NCBI GenBank assembly: GCA_964016885.1 | Contig: CAXHJY010000790.1 | Location: 1-64,000 of the forward strand | Direction of reading: 5' to 3' | DNA from: Eledone cirrhosa | Lineage: Eukaryota | Length of the DNA stretch: 64,000 bases | Part shown: one piece after another, positions 27,769-42,263 of the stretch | Position numbering within the stretch: position 1 is the first letter of the stretch | Layout: each line of letters opens with the position of its first letter | Notes under the pieces: model-generated | The model's database searches: none | Seen by the model: only the letters and a program-made list of their open reading frames with translations | Told to the model about the DNA's origin: nothing | Translations under genes and position numbers: made by a program

Positions 27769-27885
27769 GGCGTGTGGCTGAGTGGTTAGAGAATTGGATT
27801 CGCAATCGTAAGGTTGTGAGTTCGATTCCTGGACCAGGCGATGCGTTATGTCCTTGAGCAAGACACTTTATTTCACGTTGCTCCT
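27769..27885 (+). mobile_element. tRNA-derived SINE (family B)
   Basis: ggcgtgtggctgagtggttag (A box), gagttcgattcc (B box), then tgtccttgagcaagacactttatttcac. Confidence 0.8.
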
Positions 27886-28050
27886 TCTACCTGGAGTTGC
27901 GACTGATAGATAGTATTAGCAATTGGAAAGACCAACGGAAACATTGTTCCCTCGGTCCGATTTGACGAAAGTCGATCGTTCCTACTATATATATATATAT
28001 ATATATTAGAATATAAATATTAATAAAATAGATGTTCTTTTGATCAATTA

Positions 28051-28105
28051 CATTTTATTATACATATTTCGGATGTACAGCAGTACGTCCTCATCAGACA
28101 AAATA
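28051..28105 (-). ncRNA. Type I hammerhead ribozyme
   Basis: Sense: tattttgt CTGATGA ggacgtac tgct gtacatcc GAAA tatgta TA ataaaatg. Confidence 0.8.
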
Positions 28106-29320
28106 TAATGATACATGACATACCCTGAGATGTTAAATGGTTAAGATTTAATCAAGGTAGTGATTAACCTAAGAGAAAATTTTACATTTATACCCTAATA
28201 ATGAGAAAATGCAAAAACGTAATAAATTCAATAGAGAATGTGTGAGTAAGAAAAACGTTGCTTAATGTACCAGTTATCGAGATTTTAATATGTATGATAC
28301 TTGTTTCTACTTTAGGCACAAGGCCAGCAATTACCCAGTGTATTACTGGTAATATTACAATTTATCTAGGAAAGCATTTCATGAATTATAACAGTCAGTG
28401 AGAGAGAGGGAAAGATGAGGGGGTAATATATGCAGAAGGAGATTTTTTTCCGAAAGTTAAACGGTTAAGTTTGAAAATATTTAATTTATGTTATCTTAGG
28501 GTGAAGAATCAAGATTTTAGTTTTTCTTTTTTAAATTGGTGGTTATTTATATATTAGTTTTGTAAATTTTATAAGTGTGTTAACATTTCTAAGCTTCTGA
28601 ATTTTTTTAGGATAACATTTAAAGGATTTAGCTGTCCATTAATAAGGAAAATTTACACTGTTGAATATTTTCCTAAATGTAATCTTTAATGAAGTTAATC
28701 ATTGTCAACGTATTAGGTATGTAAAGCTTTTGAAGTACTTATTGTTAGAAATATTCAAATAACGGTTATGTATATAGATATATATTAATTAATGAGCCAG
28801 TATATTTTAGGTAAATGATAATGAAAATAAAAATAAAATAATAGATTGAGGCATGTTAAAGTTAAATATATACCCATATATAACCGTGTGTAAATGTATT
28901 CATTATTCCTAGCTGAAAGTAAAAACAATCAAAAAATTTAGAAGTTAACTGAAAATTATGTATAGAAAGATACAGGGAGTTATATATGGATATATCTTAT
29001 ATTAGTGATACAGTATACTTTAGGTAAATGATAACGGTTATAATTTTATATAATAAAGTTCTACGTGTTAAAGTTAAATACATATATATATATATAAGAA
29101 AAACAATAATAAATGCATGGATAATTCATAGTTCAAAATAATGTTTATAATAATTTGTAATTTGGATATTTGCTCTATATTTGAATCATGGATATAAGAA
29201 TGCGGTAGGTATATTTAAAAACATAGAAAATATAATTACATACATATTATGAATAAATTCCAATCTACTGTAAAACTCATTCTTTGATATACTCATTGAA
29301 TTTTGTTTAACTCTTCAATA

Positions 29321-29378
<58 letters not shown>

Positions 29379-29488
29379 GGAGGTGAGTTTTATTGTAGTA
29401 CATATATATAGTATGTATAGTATATATTGTAGTATATATATAGTATATATTGTAGTACATATATATAGTAGTACATATATATATGTAG

Positions 29489-29559
<71 letters not shown>

Positions 29560-29648
29560 GTAAAAAATTGAACGGGAACAAAACAGAGAGGCAGTACGAA
29601 AAAAGGTTTATTAGTTTCAGGCTCTTGACAGTGAGGTGGTGGTGGGGA

Positions 29649-29682
29649 ACGACGTTTCGGGCATAAGCCCTTTTTCAGGTGA
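29649..29682 (-). ncRNA. Degenerate minimal hammerhead
   Basis: Sense: ac CTGAAAA a gggc ttat gccc GAAA cg TC gt, with core G8 mutated. The sister copy near 61440-61460 keeps CTGAAGA but has lost the GAAA half. Confidence 0.45.
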
Positions 29683-30102
29683 AAAGTGTGTATGAAGAGA
29701 GTACCAAGGGTGTGTAGGGGAGTGGTGGAGAGACATATAGAAAAAAGGGGGTGAGAGGAAACGGTACAAATGAAATTAAATATAAAAGCATAATAAAAAT
29801 AAACATGAAGTAAAACAAGTGGTGGAAGGGTGTGGGGGCGTGTAGGGGTGGTGGCGGGTGGAGTGGGGAGAGGGAGGCGGGGTGTCCGAGCGGGGAGGGC
29901 TGAAGGTGGTGTGTGTAGGTGTACGTGTGTGTGTGTATGTGAAAGTAAGAGTTGGGGGAAGCATACACTATACGATATATAATATATATATATATATATA
30001 TGTGTGAATTAAGTAATTCCGTCGGAAAAGTCCAGGAAAAAAGAGTGCTCTATGTAGGTAACAGAGCTTAATAGTTATATAATAAACAACATAAGGCAAT
30101 TA

Positions 30103-30163
30103 TTTCATTTACTAGTGGTTTCTTAAAAGCAAAAAAAAATTGCTTTCAATCATCAGAATGAAA
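30103..30163 (-). ncRNA. Type I hammerhead ribozyme
   Basis: Sense: tttcatt CTGATGA ttgaaagc...gcttttaa GAAA ccactag TA aatgaaa. Perfect 7-bp stem I, 8-bp stem II, GUA triplet. Confidence 0.8.
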
Positions 30164-30407
30164 AAATCCTAGCGTATTTATTGACGTTGGATTTTAAAAT
30201 ATATATATATCACACACACATATATGTATATATAAATATATATATATGTATATTAGGGTGGCCCTTAGCAATAGGTCATATTCCGAAGGCTGCTCCCACG
30301 ACCTAATCCTGTTACGATTAACAAGGACAACTATTAGGCGACCCTCAAACGCCTTGAAGTTGGAACATAGTATACGCAACCATTAATTCTGTTCAAAATC
30401 GGTAACA

Positions 30408-30565
30408 TCATAAATCATCGTCCGACGGACTCAGCCGAGATGGACTCAGCACTTGATCTCCACGTGGGTCTGTCGTTCATTGACGTTACCAAGTCCTTGA
30501 TTTTAATACCAGAATCTCTGGAAATGAAATCGGGGTAGGAGAACTTGCGCCCCCTGTTATTAGTG
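30408..30565 (-). mobile_element. RTE-like LINE 3' fragment (diverged relative of 31811-32135)
   Basis: Minus strand translates RGRKFSYPDFISRDSGIKIKDLVTSMNDRPTW. Confidence 0.65.
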
Positions 30566-30701
30566 AGTGCTTGTGGTTTCTAAAGCACTATTGGGGACAC
30601 ATCCCCGTAGGACCATTTTCTTTTTTCTTCTTAGAGAAATTTATGTGGACACATCCAGGCCACCCCAGCAAATGTATATATACATATATAGATTGTATAT
30701 A

Positions 30702-30737
<36 letters not shown>

Positions 30738-30875
30738 ACCACATACTGATATATGTATATATGCTCCTCCCCTTCCTCACGTCCTCGCCCTTCATCTCCT
30801 ACCTCCATGTCCAACCCTTGCTCCTCTATTTCCTCACTTCCCCATCCTCGGCTACCTCCCATTTCTCTCCTTCCT

Positions 30876-31125
30876 ATCCTTGCTCTCATTGCTCTCATTG
30901 CTCTCCTTGCTCTCATAGCTCTCCTTGCTCTCATAGCTCTCCTTGCTCTCATAGCTCTCCTTGCCCTCTTTTTCTCCTTGCTCTCCTTTTCTCCTTGCCC
31001 TCTTTTTCTCCTTGCTCTCCTTTTCTCCTTGCTCTCCTTTTCTCATTGCTCTCCTTGCTCTCCTTGCTCTAATTGCTCTCCTTGCTCTCTCTTTCTCCTT
31101 GCTCTCATAGCTCTCCTTGCTCTTC
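30876..31125. repeat. 9/18-bp minisatellite (ctctccttg/ctctcatag)
   Basis: Direct reading. Confidence 0.9.
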
Positions 31126-31222
31126 TTTTCTCCCTGTATCTATGTACTTGTTTATATACAAACACAATGAGAAAATGTGATGGAGACATGAAGGCAAGGA
31201 TAGTAAGTAGAGTATATATCAG

Positions 31223-31326
<104 letters not shown>

Positions 31327-31445
31327 AGATGAGTTTTATTGTAGCACAATAAAGCAATGCAAATATCGGATAAGTAGCACTCTACAGTTTGTAGGACTGG
31401 AGTATAAATAATATAAGATCAAAAGATGGTTAAAAGAGTTCCAAG

Positions 31446-31516
31446 TATTTCATTATGCGCATTTCAAAAACAAATATAATCATGAGATGATATCTGCGAT
31501 TTCATCAGATAAAATA
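31446..31516 (-). ncRNA. Type I hammerhead ribozyme (left arm of inverted pair)
   Basis: Sense: tattttat CTGATGA aatcgcagatat...atatttgttttt GAAA tgcgca TA atgaaata. Confidence 0.75.
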
Positions 31517-31650
31517 GGGATACGTGATATGAAGGTTAAAACTTCACTATTCACAGTCTTTTTTAACTTTCATATCATGATACGGATATATATGTATTAC
31601 AGTGGCCCTTAGCAATAGGTAATTTTCCGAAAGTTAAAATTTTGTATCCC

Positions 31651-31721
31651 TATTTTATCTGATGAAAACGCAAATATCATCTCATAGTGATATTTGTTTT
31701 TGAAATGCGCATAATAAAATA
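31651..31721 (+). ncRNA. Type I hammerhead ribozyme (right arm of inverted pair)
   Basis: tattttat CTGATGA aaacgcaaatatca...tgatatttgttttt GAAA tgcgca TA ataaaata. Perfect 8-bp stem I and palindromic stem III. Confidence 0.8.
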
Positions 31722-31751
31722 CTTGGAACTCTTTTAACCATCTTTTGATCT

Positions 31752-31789
<38 letters not shown>

Positions 31790-31810
31790 CAATACCAAGT
31801 ACACATATCT

Positions 31811-32135
31811 CTCATCATCATAATCACTCGTCGACTACTGTCGAGATGATGGATCTCACTCTCATGCCCCAGAATTCCCTGTCCCCCATCGCTGCCCCCA
31901 GGTCCTGTCTACTGATTCCCGTATCCCTAGAGATAACGTCAGGGAATGACAGCTTCCTACTCCTAGTCAGGCTGGAGTCAGGGTTCCAGAGCAAGAGAGC
32001 GGATATGATTTCATTGCTGGCACGGTGACAGTGGCCAGCAAATTGAGCTCTCCGGGATTTTAGAAGGGCAGAGGCTCGAGGGAGTTTGCCATAGATTTTA
32101 GACAATGTGGGATGTCGTTTCCAGCTGTCAACCAC
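31811..32135 (-). mobile_element. RTE-like LINE 3' fragment
   Basis: SWKRHPT...RRAQFAGHCHR...LLLW...SFPDVISRDTG...MGDREFW, followed by a short (ATG)n-like tail. Confidence 0.75.
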
Positions 32136-32152
32136 ATACGGATATATATGTA

Positions 32153-32475
32153 TTAGAGTGGCCCTTAGCAATAAATAATTTTCCGAAAGTTAAAATTTTG
32201 CTGCTAAGTTATTGTCACTTATCCTTCTAATACCAAGAATAAGTCTGAACAAGTTTTTGATTTAAGAGAAAATTATATGAGATGAAAAATTTCTATCTGA
32301 AAAAATGACTTCCGGGGGAAAACTTCAAACTTTCACGGTCGATGAGGGTTGCCCTTGCAGTTGTCGGCTTGAGCTAAAATTTTGCAAAGATTGTTTTTTT
32401 TTTTTTGTTAATTGAAAGAAGATAGGGTGGTGGGATCTAAACGTTTAGAAAGTTGAAAATTAAGGGCCACCCTAA
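32153..32475. mobile_element. MITE-like element with 15-bp TIRs
   Basis: ttagagtggccctta ... taagggccaccctaa. Solo ends of the same family occur near 30253, 31597 and 58843, usually preceded by TA. Confidence 0.65.
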
Positions 32476-32653
32476 TGTATATATATATATATATTATATA
32501 TATATAAATGCGGCAAAAATACCTCCCAGATTATAATGGTTGACCGGATAATATATGGGAGGTTTATCTCCTGGACGCTGTATATATATATATATATATA
32601 TATGGGGAGAGTGTATAAATATATATGCATTTGCCCATATTTATAGGTGTTTA

Positions 32654-32697
<44 letters not shown>

Positions 32698-32742
32698 TAA
32701 ACAAATAATGAATAAACAATTCCTTATATTAAACAAAAAAAG

Positions 32743-32897
32743 TTCATTATTTAACGATCGTTTCTAGGATATATATGTGTTAGAATTGGTATGCATATTC
32801 AACAGATCTATGTACAAAATTATACAAAATTATACAAATTATCAAGATTAAATATACATACCAAACACATATATACGCCGTCTTCAGAAATAATGAA
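32743..32897 (-). ncRNA. Type I hammerhead ribozyme with very long stem II
   Basis: Sense: ttcattattt CTGAAGA [116-nt imperfect hairpin] GAAA cgatcg TT aaataatgaa. Perfect 10-bp stem I. Confidence 0.7.
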
Positions 32898-33413
32898 GTA
32901 TATTTATTGATAATAACAACAATTCAAAATTTCAGTTCAAAATTGACCAATGAAAACACATTTGGTATGTATATTTAATCTTGATAATTTGTATAATTTT
33001 GTATAATTTTGTACATAGATCTGTTGAATATGCATACCAATTCTAACACATATATATCCTAGAAACGATCGTTAAATAATGAACTTTTTTTGTTTAATAT
33101 AAGGAATTGTTTATTCATTATTTGTTTAATATTTTATCTTGACTCTGTATACCGTTTATCTTTCACCGAAAGTGGTTTTTCATTACATCTCTTCTTTCCA
33201 TGATATCCGGAATACATTGAGTTCTTCATACGGATTGGACACTACCGTAAACTCTTGGTAGATTTATCTACATATATATATATATATATATATATATAGT
33301 GCAAATTTGTACGGGAACAAAACAGAGAGGCAGACAAATATATATATATTATATATATATATATATATAGTGCAAATTTATACGGGAACAAAACAGAGAG
33401 GCAGACAAATATA

Positions 33414-33455
<42 letters not shown>

Positions 33456-33496
33456 CAAATTTATACGGGAACAAAACAGAGAGGCAGACAAATATA

Positions 33497-33547
<51 letters not shown>

Positions 33548-33589
33548 GGAATACTGTTGTTTTTTGCTACAATATTTTCTATACCTTTC

Positions 33590-33640
<51 letters not shown>

Positions 33641-34055
33641 CTTATAAATACCAGCGTACCTTTGTTATTGAAATGTAGACTCTGCGATTAATTTTTTTGT
33701 ACAGTGTATTCTTATCGTAATCTTTATTATTATTTTTAGTACTACTATTATTATTACTATTAACAATATTATTATAAAGTTCCAGTTAAGTAAAGGACAG
33801 TTTATGCATGGAATCAGTTATGTTAGCTCCTGGCTATTTGGTAACATGAAACAGCCGAACCGAACATATGTGTACAATGAGGGAATCATTGGTGAGCCAC
33901 GCTGATGACTGCCTGACGCCATATAAAACCTTTCTTGTCCGAACCGAGAAATTAATATTTATATTTATATTAATAATATTACTACATGTAGGGTCTTTCA
34001 CTCGGTATATGTATGTATAAATGCTTATATATATGTGTGTGTATATAATCATATG

Positions 34056-34086
<31 letters not shown>

Positions 34087-34173
34087 ATATTTACATATAT
34101 ATGAATATATATATGTTTATATATATATGTATATATATTTACATATATATGTATATATATATATATAGGTATA

Positions 34174-34214
<41 letters not shown>

Positions 34215-34819
34215 GTATATATATTTATATATATGTATATATATATATATAGGTATATATATATAGGTATATATATATATATATATACATGTATTTATAT
34301 ACATATATATGTGTATATGTATATAGAGATATAGATGTGTATAGATATATATATATACTTATCTATATATATGTGTGTGTGTGTGTGTACATAACGATAT
34401 AGATGTGCATATAAATATATATATTTATGTATGTATGCATGCATGTGTGTGTGTATGTATATATATATATATATGGATATGTTTATATATATATATCATG
34501 GATATGTTTATATATATATACACACACACACATATATATACACATATAAATATATATGTTTATGCTTATGAATATATTTATATGTATACATTTATACACA
34601 TACATATACACACATCTTAGATTAAATTATAATACGGATCTTCAAATGTGTATTGATCTTGTTGTGTTTCTACAACATAAAGACATATTGGGAGATATAT
34701 TAAGAAATATTTGTATTATACACCCTCCCAGGAGAGCAATGTTTATATACATAGGCAATTATACACCCGCTGAACGAGAAGATTACACCGATTTCATGTT
34801 TAATGATTCTAGGACAGTA

Positions 34820-36020
34820 AGCGCATGGCTTCGTGGTCAGGGTGTTTGATTCAGGAATCTTAAGGACATGAGTTTGACTCAGAAACTCTAAGGACATGTG
34901 TTCGATTCCCGGCGCAGCATTTTGTCCTTAACAATAGCCCTTTATTCATGTTAAAGGCTCATATTAGAGCAGGCATGTGGCTTTATAGTGAGGGTGTTCG
35001 ACTCACGAACCTTAAGGAAATCTGTTCGATTCCCAGCGCAGAATTTTGTCCTTAACAATGGCCCTTTAACAATAGCCCTTTGACAACAGCCCTTTATTTA
35101 TTTTAAAGATTCCTAGTAGAGCAGGTGCGTGGCTTTACAGGTGAGGCTGTTCGACTCACGACTCTTAAGGATATGTGTTCGATTTACAAACCTTAAGGAC
35201 GATGTTTCGATTCCCAGTGCAGCATTTTGTCCTAACAATGACCCTTTATTTATTTTAAAGGTTCCTAGTAGAGCAGGCGCTTGGATTAATGGTTAGGGTG
35301 TTCGACACGAGAACCTTAAGGAAATATGTTCGATTTATGGCACTGCATTTTGTCCTTAACAATGGCCCTTTATTTATTTATTTAAAAGTTTCTTAGTAGA
35401 GCAGGCGTGTAGCTTTATGTTGAGGCTGTTCGACTCGCGGACCTTAAGGAAATCTGTTCGATTCCCAGCGCAGCATTTTGTCCTTACCAATGACCCTTTA
35501 TTTGTTTTAAAGGCTCCTGGTGTACCAGGAGCCTTTAAAATAAACGTGCGTGGTTTTATGGTTAGGCTATTTGACTCACGAACCTTAAGGATATGTGTTC
35601 GATTCCCAGCGCAGCATTTTGTTCTTAAAAATGGCCATTTATTTATTTTAAAGGTTCCTAGTAGAACAGGTGCGTGGCCTCATACTTAGGGTGTTCGACT
35701 CACGACTGGTAAGGACATGTGTTCGATTTCCGGCAATGATTTTTGTCCTGAAAAGTGACCCTTTACATTTTGTTTAATGCTTCTAGCAGAGCAGGTGCGT
35801 GGCTATATCTTTGTTTTTCGGCGCATGAACCTTTAAGGTATGAGTTCGATTCCCGGCGCTCCATTTTGTCTTTAACCATAGCCTCTTATTTTTTTATTTC
35901 ATGCTACTACTAGAGCAGCTGCATGATTTCGGGGTTAGGGAGTTTGACGCATGAACCTTAAGGACATAAGTTCAATTCCCGGCGCAGCATTTTGTCCTGA
36001 AACAAGGCACTTTATTCTTA
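34820..36020 (+). repeat. Nine-unit tandem array of tRNA-like SINE family B heads
   Basis: Units start near 34820, 34972, 35124, 35276, 35404, 35546, 35669, 35794 and 35918. Each has an A-box-like tggc, gttcgattcc, then gc.cagcattttgtcc. Confidence 0.85.
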
Positions 36021-36267
36021 CGTTTGTACCTGTACGCCATTGAGTTTCCCAGAGAATTTCATTCAGGTTTACACATGGATGCACAAGTAAATTTTTTCGA
36101 ACAATCTACTCTACTAATCATTGCGGATACACATTATATATATATATATATATATACACACAGATTGAGAGAGAGAGAGATTTATATACACACACACTAT
36201 ATATGCACACATACATGCATACATATATATGCACACACACACACATATATATATATATATACATGTT

Positions 36268-36308
<41 letters not shown>

Positions 36309-36321
36309 GCGCATATACATG

Positions 36322-36353
<32 letters not shown>

Positions 36354-36426
36354 TCGTTTCTGAATTTGGCAACATGACCCTCCCAAAGTATGAAAATATA
36401 TTTATATATATATATAGATACATATT

Positions 36427-36477
<51 letters not shown>

Positions 36478-36500
36478 ATATATGCGCATATACATGTATG

Positions 36501-36584
<84 letters not shown>

Positions 36585-36658
36585 CATATTTACATGTATA
36601 TATATATATATATGTATATATATATGTGTGTATATATGCGCATATACATGTATGTATA

Positions 36659-36704
<46 letters not shown>

Positions 36705-36809
36705 TAGATACATATTTACATGTATGTATATATTGACTTTTTTAGTTTCAGAAGATCCCGTTAAGGGTGAAAGCAGCGATTCTTTGCTTAAACTTTAATC
36801 TGTTATTTA

Positions 36810-36847
<38 letters not shown>

Positions 36848-37314
36848 TATAGAGTAAAGCATGTCCAGAGAATTATTTGATAATATATATACATCATCTC
36901 TACTTCCAATCAGCATAATTAACCACACACAAAATTAATTAGACCAGGCTATAAGAATAAAAGGTATCTATGAAGAAACAGTAAATAAATACGCCATTGC
37001 GGCGTCTTCGCGTGCAACGCTATAGAGTATTTACCCAACATTTCAACTACACCTGGAAATTAATTAAATATAAGGTCAACCATACATAATTAGGTAAAAA
37101 TTAATGTTGGAAATGTTTATATACATACCAGGATTACACGTGTATGTGTATATATATAGTGTGTGTGTATATTTAATACCAAGAATGGTGTGCTGCCTGC
37201 GCTGCCATGCTATAAAATGGCGGAAGACCCTTAAAGCTGGAAAAAGATGTTGCCATCGGCCGCATTCTCTCCATAAAGATCATTTAGATGTGTATGTGGA
37301 CGTTTCTGTACGAC

Positions 37315-37316
37315 TA

Positions 37317-37349
<33 letters not shown>

Positions 37350-37376
37350 ATATTTATATATATATATATGTATATA

Positions 37377-37433
<57 letters not shown>

Positions 37434-37452
37434 GTATATATATATATATTTA

Positions 37453-37525
<73 letters not shown>

Positions 37526-37526
37526 G

Positions 37527-37557
<31 letters not shown>

Positions 37558-37588
37558 GTATATATATATATATATATATTTATATATG

Positions 37589-37643
<55 letters not shown>

Positions 37644-37702
37644 TTATATGTATGTATATATATATATATACATACATATATATATATATACATATGTATA
37701 TG

Positions 37703-37734
<32 letters not shown>

Positions 37735-37772
37735 TATACATACATATATATATATATATACATATGTATATG

Positions 37773-37806
<34 letters not shown>

Positions 37807-37816
37807 TATGTATATG

Positions 37817-37850
<34 letters not shown>

Positions 37851-37860
37851 TATGTATATG

Positions 37861-37892
<32 letters not shown>

Positions 37893-37939
37893 TACATATG
37901 TATATGTATATATATATATATGTATATATATATATACAT

Positions 37940-37970
<31 letters not shown>

Positions 37971-37976
37971 TATATG

Positions 37977-38022
<46 letters not shown>

Positions 38023-38028
38023 TATATG

Positions 38029-38059
<31 letters not shown>

Positions 38060-38136
38060 ATATATATATGTGTATATATATATATGTATGTATATATATA
38101 TATGTATATATATATATGTATGTATATATACATATG

Positions 38137-38169
<33 letters not shown>

Positions 38170-38183
38170 GTATGTATATATAC

Positions 38184-38219
<36 letters not shown>

Positions 38220-38337
38220 GTATATGTATATATGTATATATATATATATACATATGTATATGTATATATATATATGTATACATACATATATATATATATA
38301 TGTATACATACATATATATATATATATATATACATAC

Positions 38338-38369
<32 letters not shown>

Positions 38370-38402
38370 GTATACATACATATATATATATATATACATA
38401 CA

Positions 38403-38455
<53 letters not shown>

Positions 38456-38608
38456 GTATATATATATACATATGTATATGTATGTATATGTATATATATA
38501 TACATATGTATATGTATATATATGTATATATATATATATGTATATATATAAATGCATGTCTGTTTATGCTTTAATGTATAGTGTTTTATGTATATGTATG
38601 TTTGTATA

Positions 38609-38667
<59 letters not shown>

Positions 38668-38788
38668 CAAGGAAACGACACAACGGAGGTATAAAAATCT
38701 CATTGGTTTCAATATGTATATATGTATATATATATATATATGCGCGTGTGTTCAGATATATACCTATATACATATACACACATATACC

Positions 38789-38819
<31 letters not shown>

Positions 38820-38839
38820 TCATATATCTATATGTATGT

Positions 38840-38916
<77 letters not shown>

Positions 38917-39177
38917 AGTATGTATATATGTATGTATATATATATATGTGTGTCTATATATATATATATGTGTGTATATTTATATATGTGTGCATATATA
39001 AATATATATGTATATATATATATATACATGTATATATATATATATATATACATACATGTATTTATATATATATATATATACATACATGTATTTATACATA
39101 CATATAAGTATGTATATATGTGTATATATATATATATATACATATATGTATGTATATATATATACAAACATATAAGA

Positions 39178-39218
<41 letters not shown>

Positions 39219-39229
39219 CATATAAGTAC

Positions 39230-39272
<43 letters not shown>
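37315..39272. repeat. (TA)n/(TATG)n compound satellite
   Basis: Direct reading; explains the 667-aa spurious ORF. Confidence 0.95.
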
Positions 39273-39273
<1 letters not shown>

Positions 39274-39848
39274 GCATACATTACATCATTTTGTTTAGTT
39301 TGTAATATATTGTTGTTATGTATATATTTATGATGGTGCCATTATTCCAATCATTGGTTCTGTCCCCTTCCAAGGACGTTGATGGCCGAAATGTCCAAAA
39401 TAACTCTTATTCCTGCCTTCCTTTCTCTCTCTCACCCCTCCTCACTCTCTTATTCTGCCCTTCCTCTCTCTCTATCACCCTCTTTCACTCTTCCCTACCT
39501 CTCTCTCTCACCCCTCTCTCACCCACTTACTCATCCCTACCTCTCTCATCTTTATTTTATTATAGATGTGTTCTTATTATAGATGTGTTCTTATTTTATT
39601 ATAGATGTGTTTCTCACTGAGCATATATACATACATGCATATATATATATATATATATAATATATACATACATATATATACTTATATAGATACATATATA
39701 TGTATATAAGTATATGTATATAAATATACATATAAAAAATAAATAAATATATATATATACAATATATATACATATATATATATGAATATATACTTATATA
39801 CATACACACATATAAATATATGTATATATATAAATATATATATATATA

Positions 39849-39881
<33 letters not shown>

Positions 39882-39953
39882 GTACTTTATACATACATAC
39901 ATATATATATATAAATATATACTTTATACATTACGTACATACATATATATTTA

Positions 39954-39988
<35 letters not shown>

Positions 39989-40015
39989 TATATACTTTAT
40001 ACGTTACGTACATAT

Positions 40016-40084
<69 letters not shown>

Positions 40085-40499
40085 GAGGTCGTTTACTTAA
40101 TATAACTTTATCTTCTCTTTTACGCTGGTAGTAGTAGTAGTAGTAGTAGAGCTCGTGTTGTTGGTGATTGTGATGGTAACGTCCTTCAGTGAGACATTTT
40201 GATGTTGTGTGCTACCTCGTTATTATCGTGTGGCACGGTGAGGTGTGCAGGAGAGGTTAGCTTATTCTGCTGTGGTCGCTATGCATTTCTATAATTTACA
40301 ATGTCAGGGTCACCTGGGAAGGTTCAAAAGAACCGGCTCTTTCAAGCCAAGCCAAGCTAAACCAAACTAGCAGGCATGAGTGGGTGAAAATGGCGGTTGG
40401 TGGAATATTGAGGCCATTTTGAAGGAAATACTAGCAGCCATGTCACGAATTGCTCTATATTATTATGTGTGTTACATTATATAATAATTACATTATATA

Positions 40500-40620
40500 A
40501 TAATTGTTTCGACTTTCGCACAAGGCAGGCAATTACCTCCAGTGTATTACTGGTACTTTATGTTATCGACCCCGTAAGGATGAAAGGCAAAGTTACCCTG
40601 GCTGGGATTTAAACTCATAA
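40500..40620 (-). mobile_element. SINE family A, 3' part
   Basis: Reverse complement of the core: ctggtacttta...atcgaccccgtaaggatgaaaggcaaagt. Confidence 0.7.
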
Positions 40621-40667
40621 TGTATTATAATGATAAAAAAAATATTTTCAAAAATATACATGCATAG

Positions 40668-40734
<67 letters not shown>

Positions 40735-40767
40735 TATATATATATATATAAATATATATATATATAA

Positions 40768-40874
<107 letters not shown>

Positions 40875-40894
40875 CGTATATATATATATATATA

Positions 40895-41003
<109 letters not shown>

Positions 41004-41185
41004 GTATATATATATATATATAGATAGATAGATATATACACACACATATATATATATGATGATACACCGTACACGTTTAAATACATACACACATATATAT
41101 ATATATACACATACATATATATATATATATATATGCATACACATACACATATATATATATATAAATATATATATATACACAAATA

Positions 41186-41512
41186 TATATACAATATATA
41201 AACAAATGGAAACTATATTTTTAAAACCCTATTTATTGCTTTATACATATTTCAGAATGATTGCATTTTTTTAAGGGTATGTCAATATTTATTTATAAAA
41301 CTAACCTACATTATATTTTATCTGATGAAAGCGCACCATAGTTTGCTTTGGTGGCCATTGAAATATGTATAATGAAATAAATCTAGTTTTATAAATATAG
41401 TTTCCATTTGTTAATATATTGTATATTTACTCCAATAATTTGTTGATTGCTTTATAACAGTTATAAAAATATTTTGCTTGTTGTCTCCCAACAAATTAAA
41501 TATAACCTCTAC
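41186..41512 (+). mobile_element. Short non-coding HHR element with inverted partial copy at its 5' end, in (TA)n
   Basis: 41186-41252 is an inverted copy of the post-HHR segment; the remainder aligns with 11420-11657. Confidence 0.7.
41314..41379 (+). ncRNA. Type I hammerhead ribozyme
   Basis: tattttat CTGATGA aagcgcacca...tggtggccatt GAAA tatgta TA atgaaata. Confidence 0.7.
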
Positions 41513-41678
41513 ATATATATATATATATATATGTACTAGAGCTTCGTCTATGCTGTACTAAAATTTATATATATATATATACATATATATATATACACAT
41601 ATATATACACATACATACATATATATACACATACATATATATATATATACACACATGCATACATATATATATACAAAC

Positions 41679-41709
<31 letters not shown>

Positions 41710-41825
41710 CGTATATATATATATATATATACATATATATATTATGGAATACTGTTGGCTTCTTGCTACAATACTTTCTATACCTTTCATTTATATATAT
41801 ACATATACACACATATATATATAAT

Positions 41826-41881
<56 letters not shown>

Positions 41882-41912
41882 CATATATATATATATATAA
41901 ATAGATATACAG

Positions 41913-41991
<79 letters not shown>

Positions 41992-42226
41992 TACATATAT
42001 ATATAAATATATATATATACACACACATACATATATATATAAATATATATATATACACACACATATATATATATATAAATATATATATATACACACACAT
42101 ACATATATATATAAATATATATATATACACATACATACATATATATATATATATATAACGAAGGAAATGTGGTAAGGAACCAGGTGGACCATAACGCACC
42201 AAAGGGGTCTTACTGGTTCCTATATG

Positions 42227-42263
<37 letters not shown>

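Noticed and set aside
28400-29300. Possible decayed coding region upstream of the 28051 HHR
   Set aside because: AT-rich with many stops; no motif could be recognised by eye.
34820-36020. CRISPR array or true tRNA gene cluster
   Set aside because: Whole units are homologous with no unique spacers and no cas genes. T and anticodon stems do not pair, and the sequence matches a dispersed SINE.
37104-39107. 667-aa ORF and the many other YI/CV/HT/LS-rich ORFs
   Set aside because: Translations of dinucleotide microsatellites that happen to lack stop codons; no domain content.
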